64,000 nucleotides of DNA from Azolla caroliniana (Eukaryota > Plantae > Polypodiophyta). Both the position numbers and the translations under genes were made by a program. The notes below the pieces were generated by a model. That model was not told the origin of the DNA and made no database searches. It saw only the letters and a list, made by a program, of their open reading frames with translations. The DNA is taken from assembly GCA_043228905.1 (NCBI GenBank), contig JBHGNT010000018.1, positions 186,001 to 250,000 on the forward strand, given 5' to 3'. Of the stretch, positions 40,554 through 51,361 are shown one piece after another. The first letter of the stretch is position 1; each line of letters starts with the position of its first letter.

Positions 40554-43500
40554 TCATACAGTTCCTAATTCTTTCAGCCAAGCAGTGTGAAGAGGGCAGG
40601 GATCACTAGCCCCAGAGGCAAGTGCTTTCTGTGATAAGGTGTAAAACCAGCCATTTCTCCACTCAAACTGCAAGGCCAGAATATAAGTCAAACATCAAAT
40701 TACAATATAAAATACAGAAGTCTCAAGATCTATACTATACCTCTTTTAATGCAGTGGGAAAATGCGCAACTGATCGAGCATATGCACAGAGCCTGTCTTC
40801 AATACCCACATCAAAAGTTATTCCTTTTGCAGCTGAGGCAGCTCCAGCAAGCTCTTTGATCAGTGCAGTAACCTGCAAATAAATAAAGAATAAAGCCAAA
40901 TGGTTTCTAGAAAGTTCCATGCTTATCAATGTGGGTAGAGTAGGCGATACTGACTTGTGCACAACTAAATCATTAAGATAGCAGACCTTTACAAGATAAA
41001 GCCCTAAATAACCCTCAAGTCAATATTTCTGATTTTTGGCCCTCGTACTATCCTGATATAAAATGAATATATATGTTAGGCAGGACTTGTGAAGTTAGCT
41101 ATCCCAGGATTATCTCCAAGCCTCACTTTTCTTGTCCCCAAACCTTTGATTAGTAGCTACTCTCATCTCCTTAGATTGTGAGTTGATGAAGATGAGTATA
41201 CAATACAGTCAGTCATTTTCAATAAATTGCATATTGGTTACTACAAGTCACATTTACAAACATGTATTATTGACAGTGACTTGAAAATGATTTTCTTCTT
41301 TCAGGAAGTTGTTACCTGTGTTGGTGAAGAGATTTTACTGATGGATGCCCATACAAATTCTTTGGGGGATTCTGATGATCAAGCACTTGAACTATCCAAC
41401 AAAGGTTGATATTGAAATGGTTTCATTGTCTCTCTTTTTGTTTTTTACTCAAGAGAGTCCCCAATTGCACTATACACTATCCATATGAACTAAGATATTT
41501 TTTCACTAAATTATAAACTCTCCAACAAAGGCTGATATTGATATTTCCTCATTGTTCCTCACTAAATTATACAAGATTTATGGTGCAGCTATAGCTTTTT
41601 GGTTGCCTAACTAAACTATGCTTTAGTTGATTGCGAACAGAAATTCTCTATGAATGGATAGGCAATCTAAGGAGTGGTATTTGCATCCAAATCAACCCAT
41701 TTTAACTCCAATTAAGTGTACACGGACTCAGTCGTAATCTACCACTTTTTCAACTAGTGTGCGAGATGATACTTGCATCATCATATATTTCACTATAAAA
41801 TTTCTTTGCGAGTTTCAACATTTAAGGCTTCTCATGAATTGGCATGATAAACCATCCGGGATAACAGATGATCACATAATTAAAAGGCATAGGAACAATT
41901 GAATTAACAAAATGATATACTGAAAATACTACCTCATTATTAAAATCTTTCTCAACTACTCCCACAGTAGCTCCCGGATGGCGAGCTCCAACCAACATGA
42001 AAGCTGAAATCCATATAAGTTTTTCCAACAATGGCTTTTGAAAATCCTCAGGGCTCAGGACCTAAAATCGATATGTAAATAAAAAAGGTTAGTTTAGAGT
42101 CCAGACTTAAGAAAAAGTTTGAAAGCTACATTCTCTAGGAAAAGGGATTGAAGAGGGAGGCATGATTGCGCTTCACCTTCAAACAGAGCCACTAACATCA
42201 AGCTTGTCCAATCAAGGTGGTTGAAAAAATCAGGGATACTATCTAAGACATCCATTTCGAAAAACATAAAACAAAATCTACACAGAACACTGCATTGCAA
42301 ATCTTAGAGGCTAAAACTTACAGTTTTAATACATTCAAGATAGCCAATAAATAAGTCTGATTCCAAACAACTTGAGAAAAAGAAATCTAAATTTTGCATG
42401 AAAATTTGAGTTCATACGATCTAAAGAAAGTAAAGTATAAAACCCTCTCCAAGAGATGTCTAAGACCTAGTTCTTCTTCAAATATATCTATAGACTATAA
42501 TATTTCTTGTTATTGAAAATGGCAGGACATAAGCATTGTCTAGCTTGAAAATCTAAATATGAGATAACTGGAACCATTCACAAATCATCCTCAAGTTAAC
42601 CATACAATGGAAGAATAATGGAAAATAAAACTGTAGACAGATTGAGAAATACCCAAGCACATATAAAATATCTATGACAGATGGGAGAATATTTAAAAGA
42701 AAAGATGAAATAACAAAGTGTACCAGAAAATAACTAAATGTAACCAAGGCATAATAACAACAAAATTTGGGGATGTGAGCGATAGAGCCCAGTTACTATT
42801 CTTTATAATGAGAGGGTGTTCAAACAGCTAGAAACAGCAAATCAAATTTCACATGGTGTAATATTAGTCTTCTTTTGTAGAATCTGGACGCATAGGCAGA
42901 GAAATGTACTTTCAAATGTCTTGAGAGGAATCCTTATTAGAATCGCTGTTGTGAGGTCCATATTTCAGGTCGAAAACATAATTGTGCATTTTTGTATTAA
43001 ACATAGGGCCTTTTTTTATAGTGCTATGCAAGTAATATTTTCTAGTTACTTTGGGAGCACAGAATTATAATTATTATCATCAGAGGAAGCGTACTTGGCA
43101 TGAAAGATCTGCGGTATGCAACCGTGCAGCAACAGCAGATGCCCACTTTCCTGATGCCACTGTGAGACCCTCTGGGTTGGTGTCTGTCTTGCCATCAATT
43201 GGTGCATCTCCAAGCTTAGCGACTGCAAAGTACGCGAGAACTTGTGAAGCATCTGCAATGCCTTTGCTCTCAAGCCAGGGTTCGAGCATGCCGTTCTGAA
43301 AAAAGACCAGATCTGTTGAAATGTTCTCATGTCAGCATCAAGGCATAGACATAGGGATGCAGTTGGAAGTAATGTCATAAAAAAAGCCCATGTTCCACCA
43401 TAATTTGTACATGGAAGTTTCAAAATTCACCTTTAGATTTTGAAATCGGATGTACATATACATCCAATTTTTTTGATGTTTTAGAAATAAGAACCACTAC

Positions 43501-44506
43501 ATATCTAGATGCATATGGAATTAAATAAACATTTACCTCCCACAACAATTTAATATTAACGCTCCATACATTTTCAACAAATGTAAATCCAGATTAAGTG
43601 CCCTTTACTAATGGTAACTTTTACTAATATTTGAGGTTGAGGTTGGTTATTATTCTGAACTCTCATCGAGAATTAACAGAAGAATTCTTCTTCTACCATT
43701 AAAAAAACATGTTATTATGTGATCTTTTCCAGGGGCTTTGTGCATGTAAAATTCGTGAAAACATAGTTTTACATATAAATACTATCGAATATGTGAGGTC
43801 AAGGGAATGTCAAAATTTTCCAATTTTTTGCTGGTAAAATTACAACATATAATATTCAGCTTTTCAGGTATCTAAAACTTGACAGAAATATTGTTTCATG
43901 AAACATAAAAACATTTTACCCGCTTAGATAAAAGCAAACATTTTTCATTATTGAATCCATAACAATCCATTATACCGCGAACTTCCATCGATATTTTTAT
44001 AAAATTAGTAGAGCACAACATTTTCTTTCGAACAAGTTTGATTTTATTTGATTGACTCGGAATTGGGAAGAATCATGGGAGACACATAGACTTAAACTAA
44101 ATTCTTTCATACCTTTCCATCGTTCTCGGGGTGTGGCATCAAGCACATCATCCAAGACATCATTCCGTGTACAGACGAAGATGGGGTTTGAAGTATAATT
44201 ATCCGGGACTTTCTCGCCCCTCCTCACGATGATATCTTGGCCACCACCCATCTTCTCCAGAGCCAATCCGATGCGACCCGAGCCCACAATAACTGCAGGA
44301 ACTACCTCTGACTTAGGGGAATAAGAAGAAGAAGGAACAGAGGAGGTCTTTAATTTATCCATGGAAACAGGGGATGGTGACTTTGTAGAAGAACTAGGTT
44401 TCCGATAGCTCTTGAATAGTTGCAATGGGGATCTGATCGTCAGGGGTGATGCGATGATATGCTGGTGATGATGTGAAGGCCACACTACCACCTTCATCAT
44501 TGCCAT
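40554..44506 (-). CDS. Conserved plastid protein, At1g16080-like (Rossmann / ketopantoate-reductase-like fold), ~328 aa
   Basis: Exons 44506-44113, 43312-43095, 42061-41933, 40872-40741, 40667-40554 (329 codons). Ser/Pro-rich transit peptide, IVGSGRIG, VCTRND, LVFFQNGMLEPWL, LEKLIWISAFMLVG, KEFEWRNGWF, DPCPLHTAWL. Confidence 0.88.
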
Positions 44507-45236
44507 AGCCACTCTGCACTTGTATGTGGTTCACTCTCCATCTCTACCTACCTATCATATCTATCCTTCTGTCAATGTGTGATTTTCGTGTTTCTATCTT
44601 CTTACCCCACCAAACAATCCCATGTATCCAAAGACAATTTATGTCGCCTATGTTTACCCTAATTCCTCGAATGCCCCTCCTCTAAGTTTGGGAAACTCTT
44701 GGCAGCCATTTTGTTGCAACCTCTACTAGACTAGCATAGGAGGGGGTATGGTGTGGATTCGAGAAAATGTAGATTGGGAGGGTTTGATGGTTAAGCGGAC
44801 TTAACAGAGGTGTGGTGCATTACCATAAGGAGGAAGGTATTTGGTGTGAGGAGTATGAGTCCATATGCATTGGATATTTCGAAGAGGTAAGGTTGTGTCT
44901 TGTGTGAGCATGGTGGCACAAACAAGGTCGGATATGTTGGCCGTTAGAGCTAGCTACTAATGTAAGCATATGATAAAGATATAATAGATATAAAATAAGA
45001 AAGGAGAGAGAGAAAGAAGGGTGCCGATCCAACCGACCACCCCCGAGCGAAGGGATCGAGACGGACTCGAGCCTCAATCGGCGTCCCATACCACTACCGC
45101 AACGTCGAATCGTACCTGGTGCGACCACGCTCGCTACAAGAGTTGACCCACCAAAATGATAGAGTCTCAACGTAGTCGATAATGTGTCAAATGAGGGTAG
45201 CTAGGCCTCATATTTATAGCCTGACCTAAGGCCCTC

Positions 45237-46190
45237 AGGCAAGTTCACACTTGGCCTAATGGGTTGTCCCTATCCCAAGGATTAAAAGTAATCCTTTCCT
45301 TCTTTACACTCTCATTTAACCCTCACACTTTATCCATGTGTATAGAATACTACGGTAAAACTTACTACGGGATATGGTCATGCACGTAACATTGCCGGCA
45401 TAGAAATGAAGCATTGCAATACCAAAATAGAGTTGATACTCGTGGGGTTTCTTCCAAACTCTACATATAAGTGGAAGAATAGATGGATCTGAGTCTAGCA
45501 TCGATGTCCCATACCACCAATTATAAACGCAGATCGTACATTGGGTTTGAAGAAAGAGGAACATGCCTATACAACTAGAGCTTTGGCACACTAATAGAGT
45601 CTATACAGAGTAACTCATGTCCCCTTCATGAAGGTAGCTAACCTTCTTTTATAGTCTTAAACCCTAGGTCTTTATCTATTCACACTTGACTACTTCATTA
45701 GAGAGAGGGAGAACATTATTTTTTTTCTAAAGTTTTGTTCATATATGCCATTAGTAAGTCTAATAGACCATAGTTCATGAAAACTAGACTTACAATGCAT
45801 TCTTAATGGCCAAAAATGATAAAAACTTGAGATTTCAAAATGTAAGTTGTATCGAAAGTGCTACAATTGACATCTTTCTCTAGATAAAAGTGGATTTCTT
45901 GGGAAAATGTTATACATGATATAACATTTTCCTTGAGTGAAGGGATTGAGATAGACTTGAGCCCTAAAATGCATCCTATACCACCATGTATGTACTTGGT
46001 ACTAGTGGCCTTACCACAAGATCACAATTCGAACATAGTGAATTCTCTCCTAGGCAAGTTCACACTTGGCCCTTAAGGGTTGTCCCAATGCCTAGGATTA
46101 AAAGTAACCATCCCGTCTTTAGATTCTCAATTAACCCGCACACTCTTATCCTTATGTGTAGAAAACTACAATAAAAACTAACACGAGACA
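45237..46190. repeat. Diverged ~140 bp direct repeat pair, probably a transposon remnant
   Basis: AGGCAAGTTCACACTTGGCC...GGATTAAAAGTAA...TTAACCC...ACTAC at ~45237-45375 and ~46052-46190. Confidence 0.55.
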
Positions 46191-46429
46191 AATTTGGAAG
46201 CAGTTCTAGGAAGTGATAGGGAGGGTAGATTATGTTTCATTTACTTTTTCCAATTTGGGGAGTGGTTTTCTCATTTTTCTGGGGAGGATGAGTGGAGACA
46301 AGCTGTCAAAAGGTGTTGTATTAGGATGTATACATTTGGTAGCAGGTCGTATGTGTTGCTAACTATGAGCAGGTTGAAGAAGGTTTGTGTCTCAAGACGC
46401 AACTACTTTGGGTGGAGACAAAGAAATGG

Positions 46430-48290
46430 AAGAGGTTAGAAGGTTGCCATATGGCCCTCATCTTGTGTGTTTTGAAGCTATGAGCAAAGAGGGACTTTTG
46501 TTTCGGGTTATGGCTTCTAAGAATGCACTAATTTCAGGATATTACCAGTATAGATTTGGTCATGCAACATTGAATCTTGTTGAACAAATGCAAAATGATG
46601 GTCTTTTTTTGGATGTAATCACCTTTGTAAGTTTGCCAAAGGCAGGTGGCAATGTAGGAGTAGTTGACAGGCATAGAAAGTTACAATGAAATCATGAGTA
46701 AGAGGTTGTTAGAAGACAATATTGAGCTTGGAAATGCTTTGTTGGACATGTATGCTATATGTGGCAAACTTGAAAAGGAAGGGGAAAAAAAAACAGACAA
46801 TGATATTTCAGTTTGAGATGTGGTCTCTTGGATGTATGCTAGGTGTTGATCTCTGTTAGATACACAAGATGTATTTAATATTCTTGCAAATAGAGATGTT
46901 CTCTTGTGGAATGCATCTATTATAGGATAGGTTGACCATGGATCAACATATATTTTTTGTGGTTTACTTGGTGAGGCACAATAAATATTTTCAAAGCTTT
47001 GATTTCGAGATACAAGGATGTGGAATACAATGATTTTGGCCTTGAGAAGTTTGCCAAGGTGGTAGTGTAAGAGTGGTTGACAGGCATAGAAAATCACATT
47101 GAAATAATGAGTAAGAGGCTATTAGAAGACAATATTGAGCTTGGGAATGCTTTGGTGGACATGTATGCTATATGTGGCAAACTTGAAAAAGCAAAAAAAC
47201 AGTCAATGATATTTCAATTTGAGATGTGGTCTCTTGGATGTATGCTAGGTGTTGATCTCTATTAGATACACAAGATGTATTTGATATTCTTGCAAACAGA
47301 GATGTTCTCTTGTGGAATGCATCTATTACAAGATATGTTGAGCATGGCTCAATGGAGTTTTTTTGTGGTTTACTTGGTGAGATACAAGAAATAATTTTAA
47401 AAGATTTGATTTAAAGATATAGGGATGTGGAATACAATGATTTTGGCCTTGGGAGGTTATTTATTTATTTCAGGAGATGGTTTTAAAGCATTGAAATGTT
47501 TCAACGTATGCAAAGTGAAAGACTTTCTCCTACTATGATATTATTTCATTTGCATTTTAAAGGTTCTCATATTCTCCAAAGAGGTTTTCTAGCAAAGATT
47601 ACCCATCTTGGAAGTATTTTCTTTTACATGTATGCAAAATGTGGTGACCTAGTGAAAGTTGAATAAGTAGTTACTGAACTACCCACGAAGATTATGGAAG
47701 TTGGGAATGCTCACATCACACATAAGATGTATTCAATGTGGCCAAGCTTATGATGATATAAAATGGATTATTTAGTCCCCCTTATGTGTCTGCTCAAGTA
47801 GGTTTTTTGGACCATGTTCCACCTCGATTTGTAGTCTCTTGGATTGCATTGTTTGTCGGCCTAGCTCACAACTGGCTATACTGAATTTTACAATGTTATA
47901 AGGTCTTTGTTTATTTCAAGTTCATGATTAGATTGTTAGAAGGGTTGTTGTGAGAAGGATTTATGTGGGGCAAGGCGTGGGTAATATGTATGCAAATTGT
48001 GGTATGCTTGAAAAAGCACAAAATAAATAAAAATGCAGAGTGAGCTTCTTCTTAAGACTTTATACTCTTCGAATCACTCATTATTAGGTATGCTCAACAC
48101 AGAAAGGTTACGACGCAATGAACAGTTTCCAGAAGATGCAAAGTGAGGATTGCTCACCACATAGGATCACATATATTTGCATCCTAAAGGCTTTTGGAAG
48201 GAGGATATCGTGCTTACCAATGGTTTGGTGATTGCCTAGGAAGGATTGGAAAAAGATCCTTTTCTTGGTAGCATAAATGTGGAGCAATAA
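46430..48290 (+). pseudogene. Decayed PLS-class PPR pseudogene with an internal ~413 bp tandem duplication
   Basis: Fragments MQNDGLFLDVITFVSL, LEDNIELGNALVDMYAICGKLEKA, RDVLLWNA, MYAKCG, FQKMQSE..SPHRITYICILKA, broken by many stops and frameshifts. The duplicated block starts at ~46661 and ~47074. Confidence 0.8.
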
Positions 48291-48329
48291 TTGAAGCCTA
48301 AGCACTGTTTGAGAATTTACTGCTGGTGA

Positions 48330-48711
48330 AAGAAATGGGTGATCCTCAGGATGTTCGTGAAAGTAATGCCAATAGGACGGATCAAGGTTTTCATTTCTAA
48401 CAAGGTGTGGATGTGGCAGGACGATGTATTTTAAAGAATGTTCTGCATGTTATGGGTCTCCGAAGTTGTGTGAGGATACAAGTGGTTCATTGTCTTAATG
48501 CATATGGGGTAGTTTTAGAATCATAACCCAAGCAGGAGAATGGAGGGAATGTAAAACTAGGTTGGAAGCTTGTTTACTCAGGAGATACAAGACCTTGTGA
48601 AGCAATGGTTGACGCTTCAATTAGAGCTATGATTTTAATACATGAGGCAATTTTTGATGATAGCATGCTTGTTGAAGCAATCATGAAAAATCATAGTAAG
48701 ACAAAAGAAGC
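48330..48711 (+). pseudogene. tRNase Z (long form, TRZ3/TRZ4/ELAC2-like) C-terminal fragment, 5' part
   Basis: VVHCLNAYGVVL, GWKLVYSGDTRPC, ILIHEAIFDDSMLVEAIMKNHSKTKEA, with in-frame stops upstream. Interrupted by the Copia LTR. Confidence 0.85.
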
Positions 48712-49734
48712 CGTTGAGAATCAAGCTCAACATAGTGCAACATGTGAACACACCTTTTGAGAATCTATAATTACTCAAAGGTCAAGAGTGACACCACTAC
48801 TCTCTACACATTAACTATGTGTCATAGACTCATATTCTATGACATATAACTATGACTATGAGTCTTCACATTCCCCAAGAGAGAGTGGTTGTTGTAGTTA
48901 GTTAATGAAGAGAGAGGGTGACTATATATAAAGCACCCTCCTCATACTTCATACTAAGTCGGTTGTGACACCTTGAAATGCTACATTTTGTATTTGCTAT
49001 TTTACTTGTGAATATACATCTTCTTGTTGTTGAGTATTTCATTTCTCTAGCAGCCTTATCTATCTTGTGTTTCTCTTCTCTTTTCTTCTCTCTTTTCTCT
49101 CACACATATCATCTGCTACACAAGAATCCTATCTGATTCTTTACATGGTATCAGAGCGGTTTGGTAGTTCAATCTAGCCCATCTGCATGTGTTGTGTTCT
49201 ATGCCGACGTTCAAGAAGAACTGGTCCATCGCTATCGTAGTGCGACTACATAGCTCGTATTCAAGAGAGAAGGAAAAGAAAAGAAGGAAGAAATATTCAT
49301 CGACAATGAATACTCAAATGGGAAGCGCTCTCCCTAGCGAGAAGCTAGATCAAAACAACTTCGCATCTCTGGAGTATAAGATGCACCAATACTTGTCAGC
49401 CAAGGCTATTGAGGTTACATCAAGAAAACTGACTTGACCCGAAAGACGCCGACTACGCAACATGGGAGCAAGCGGCAAGCTGAGTGATGTATTGCTTGGC
49501 GACATGTGTTCACAACCACATGCTCGGCTACATTCAAGAAGCCGAGACGCCAAAGGAAGCGTGGGAGAATCTACGAAAGATTTTCGCCGCCAACACAACC
49601 GCGAGAAAGCTTCATCTTCACCAAGAGTTGAACAACATCCAATAAAGGGATATGCCCATCACGAGTTACACCTTAAAGATCAAGGAGCTTTGCGACTCGC
49701 TTGGCTCGATAATGTCATGAACACATGACCATTA

Positions 49735-49805
49735 TGGCGTCACCCGGACTTGAACCTCGAACCTTGTAATTCATACTTGAAAACCTCAACCATTAAGATA
49801 GCTTA
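49735..49805 (-). other. tRNA-like Pol III module inside the chromovirus LTR (second copy at 55024-55094)
   Basis: Minus strand reads GCTATCTTAATGGTTGAGGTTTTCAAGTATGAATTACAAGGTTCGAGGTTCAAGTCCGGGTGACGCCA: A-box-like TATCTTAATGG, consensus B-box GGTTCAAGTCC at tRNA spacing, and a 3' CCA. Confidence 0.6.
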
Positions 49806-49870
49806 TTGTTATATGAAACAATAAAAGCTACTTCTTGTATTACATTGATTATTGTAAAAACTCTAGATTA

Positions 49871-49934
49871 TTCTAGAATGTTCTAGAATGTCCTAGAGCA
49901 TTCTAGGTCTAGAACATTCTAGAACATTCTAGAA
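49871..49934. promoter_or_regulatory. Heat-shock element array in the LTR U3, upstream of TATAAATA (49960-49967)
   Basis: TTCtaGAAtgTTCtaGAA and GAAcaTTCtaGAAcaTTCtaGAA are perfect alternating nGAAn pentamers. Repeated in the 3' LTR at 55160-55223. Confidence 0.75.
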
Positions 49935-50130
49935 ATCTCTAAGCTATTCTATAGGAACCTATAAATAAGCGCATACATGTATTCTCAAATCAATTCGAAT
50001 CAACACCAGTCTTTAGCTCTCATTACATATCTTGTATCCATTCTCTTTCTTTCTCTATCTTATACATCCATTCTTCTCTATCCTTCTTCCATCACTCTAT
50101 CTTTTATCCTTGGTTCTGAAAGTTTGATTC

Positions 50131-50173
<43 letters not shown>

Positions 50174-50197
50174 CTCCTTTGTAACCATCCTGAAACC

Positions 50198-51361
50198 ATG
50201 GCTGCCATTAACTCAGAAGAATATCTCACCCTTGTTGCAGAAATGGAGAACCTTAAATCCAAGTTCGCATCTCTTGAAGTAGAGAATCAACGTCTACTTG
50301 GGGATCTACAAAAGGTTACTATAGAGAAGCAACAACAACAAGAGGAGTTCACGCGACGAGTGCAACAGTTAGAGTCGACAATCGTCGTGTTACAACAACA
50401 AAGGGTTGAAGGTCATGGACTTATCAAGGAGCCCAAAATTAGCCTCCCAGCTAAATTTGATGGGTCGAGGGCGCATTTCCGAGGTTTTTTGAATCAAGTA
50501 CGGTTGGTGATTCAAATGCATCCCGCACGTTATCCAACATATGCATCACGAGTCGGGCTAGTGGGCACTTTATTGATTGGCATAGCGTTGCCGTGGTTTG
50601 CTCCATTGCTAGAGACCAATTCTCCTCTACTGAATAATTTCGAGGAATTTATCAAGGAATTTAAGGCTTGTTTCGGAGATACTGATGGGGCGAGAATAGC
50701 TATCAACAAGATTCGTACACTTCGTCAAGGTGATCAACCAGCTTCAACATATGCTGCCAATTTCCGTCTCATCGCAAGCGATATTCCTTGGGATGAACAA
50801 GCCCTAATGGAGCAATTCCGTTCAGGCCTTCGTAGTGATGTCAAAGACTTACTTCTTACCTTCCCCGAGGATCCAAGGTCACTTACAGAAGCTATTAGTC
50901 GAGCAATACGGTGTGATAATCGCCTTTTTGAGCGTCGATGTGAGCGACAACAACAAATAACAAGATCTAGATTCACACCAACTTATGCATCAGTAACGGC
51001 GCAATCATCCCCAAGGCAAATGTATAGCTCTGCTCCAACTCCAAGGCAAACACGTAGTCCAGTCCCAATGGATAGTCCTACACCCATGGAGATCGATATG
51101 ACTCAACGACGAGGACCGTTGTCAGACGAAGAGAAGCAACGTCATCGAGCAAACCATCTGTGCTTATATTGTGGAGGTCCAGGACATATAGCCATTCATT
51201 GCTCCCGTAGGCCGAGACGTCAGGTAAATCAAATTCACTATGACAATAAAAATGAGTCCAACATTTTAGAAGTAGTTAGTGAATCTAATATTATGAATAA
51301 TCCACCCTTGTCCAATAAATTTGAAGTCCTAAGCCAATTAGAAGAGGATTCAAACGAATAA
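50198..51361 (+). CDS. Chromovirus Gag (PEG10/Ty3-like capsid plus CCHC zinc knuckle)
   Basis: 387-aa ORF with an N-terminal coiled coil, LPAKFDGSR, LRQGDQPASTYAANFR, PTPMEID and CLYCGGPGHIAIHC. Confidence 0.92.
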   Translation: MAAINSEEYLTLVAEMENLKSKFASLEVENQRLLGDLQKVTIEKQQQQEEFTRRVQQLESTIVVLQQQRVEGHGLIKEPKISLPAKFDGSRAHFRGFLNQVRLVIQMHPARYPTYASRVGLVGTLLIGIALPWFAPLLETNSPLLNNFEEFIKEFKACFGDTDGARIAINKIRTLRQGDQPASTYAANFRLIASDIPWDEQALMEQFRSGLRSDVKDLLLTFPEDPRSLTEAISRAIRCDNRLFERRCERQQQITRSRFTPTYASVTAQSSPRQMYSSAPTPRQTRSPVPMDSPTPMEIDMTQRRGPLSDEEKQRHRANHLCLYCGGPGHIAIHCSRRPRRQVNQIHYDNKNESNILEVVSESNIMNNPPLSNKFEVLSQLEEDSNE

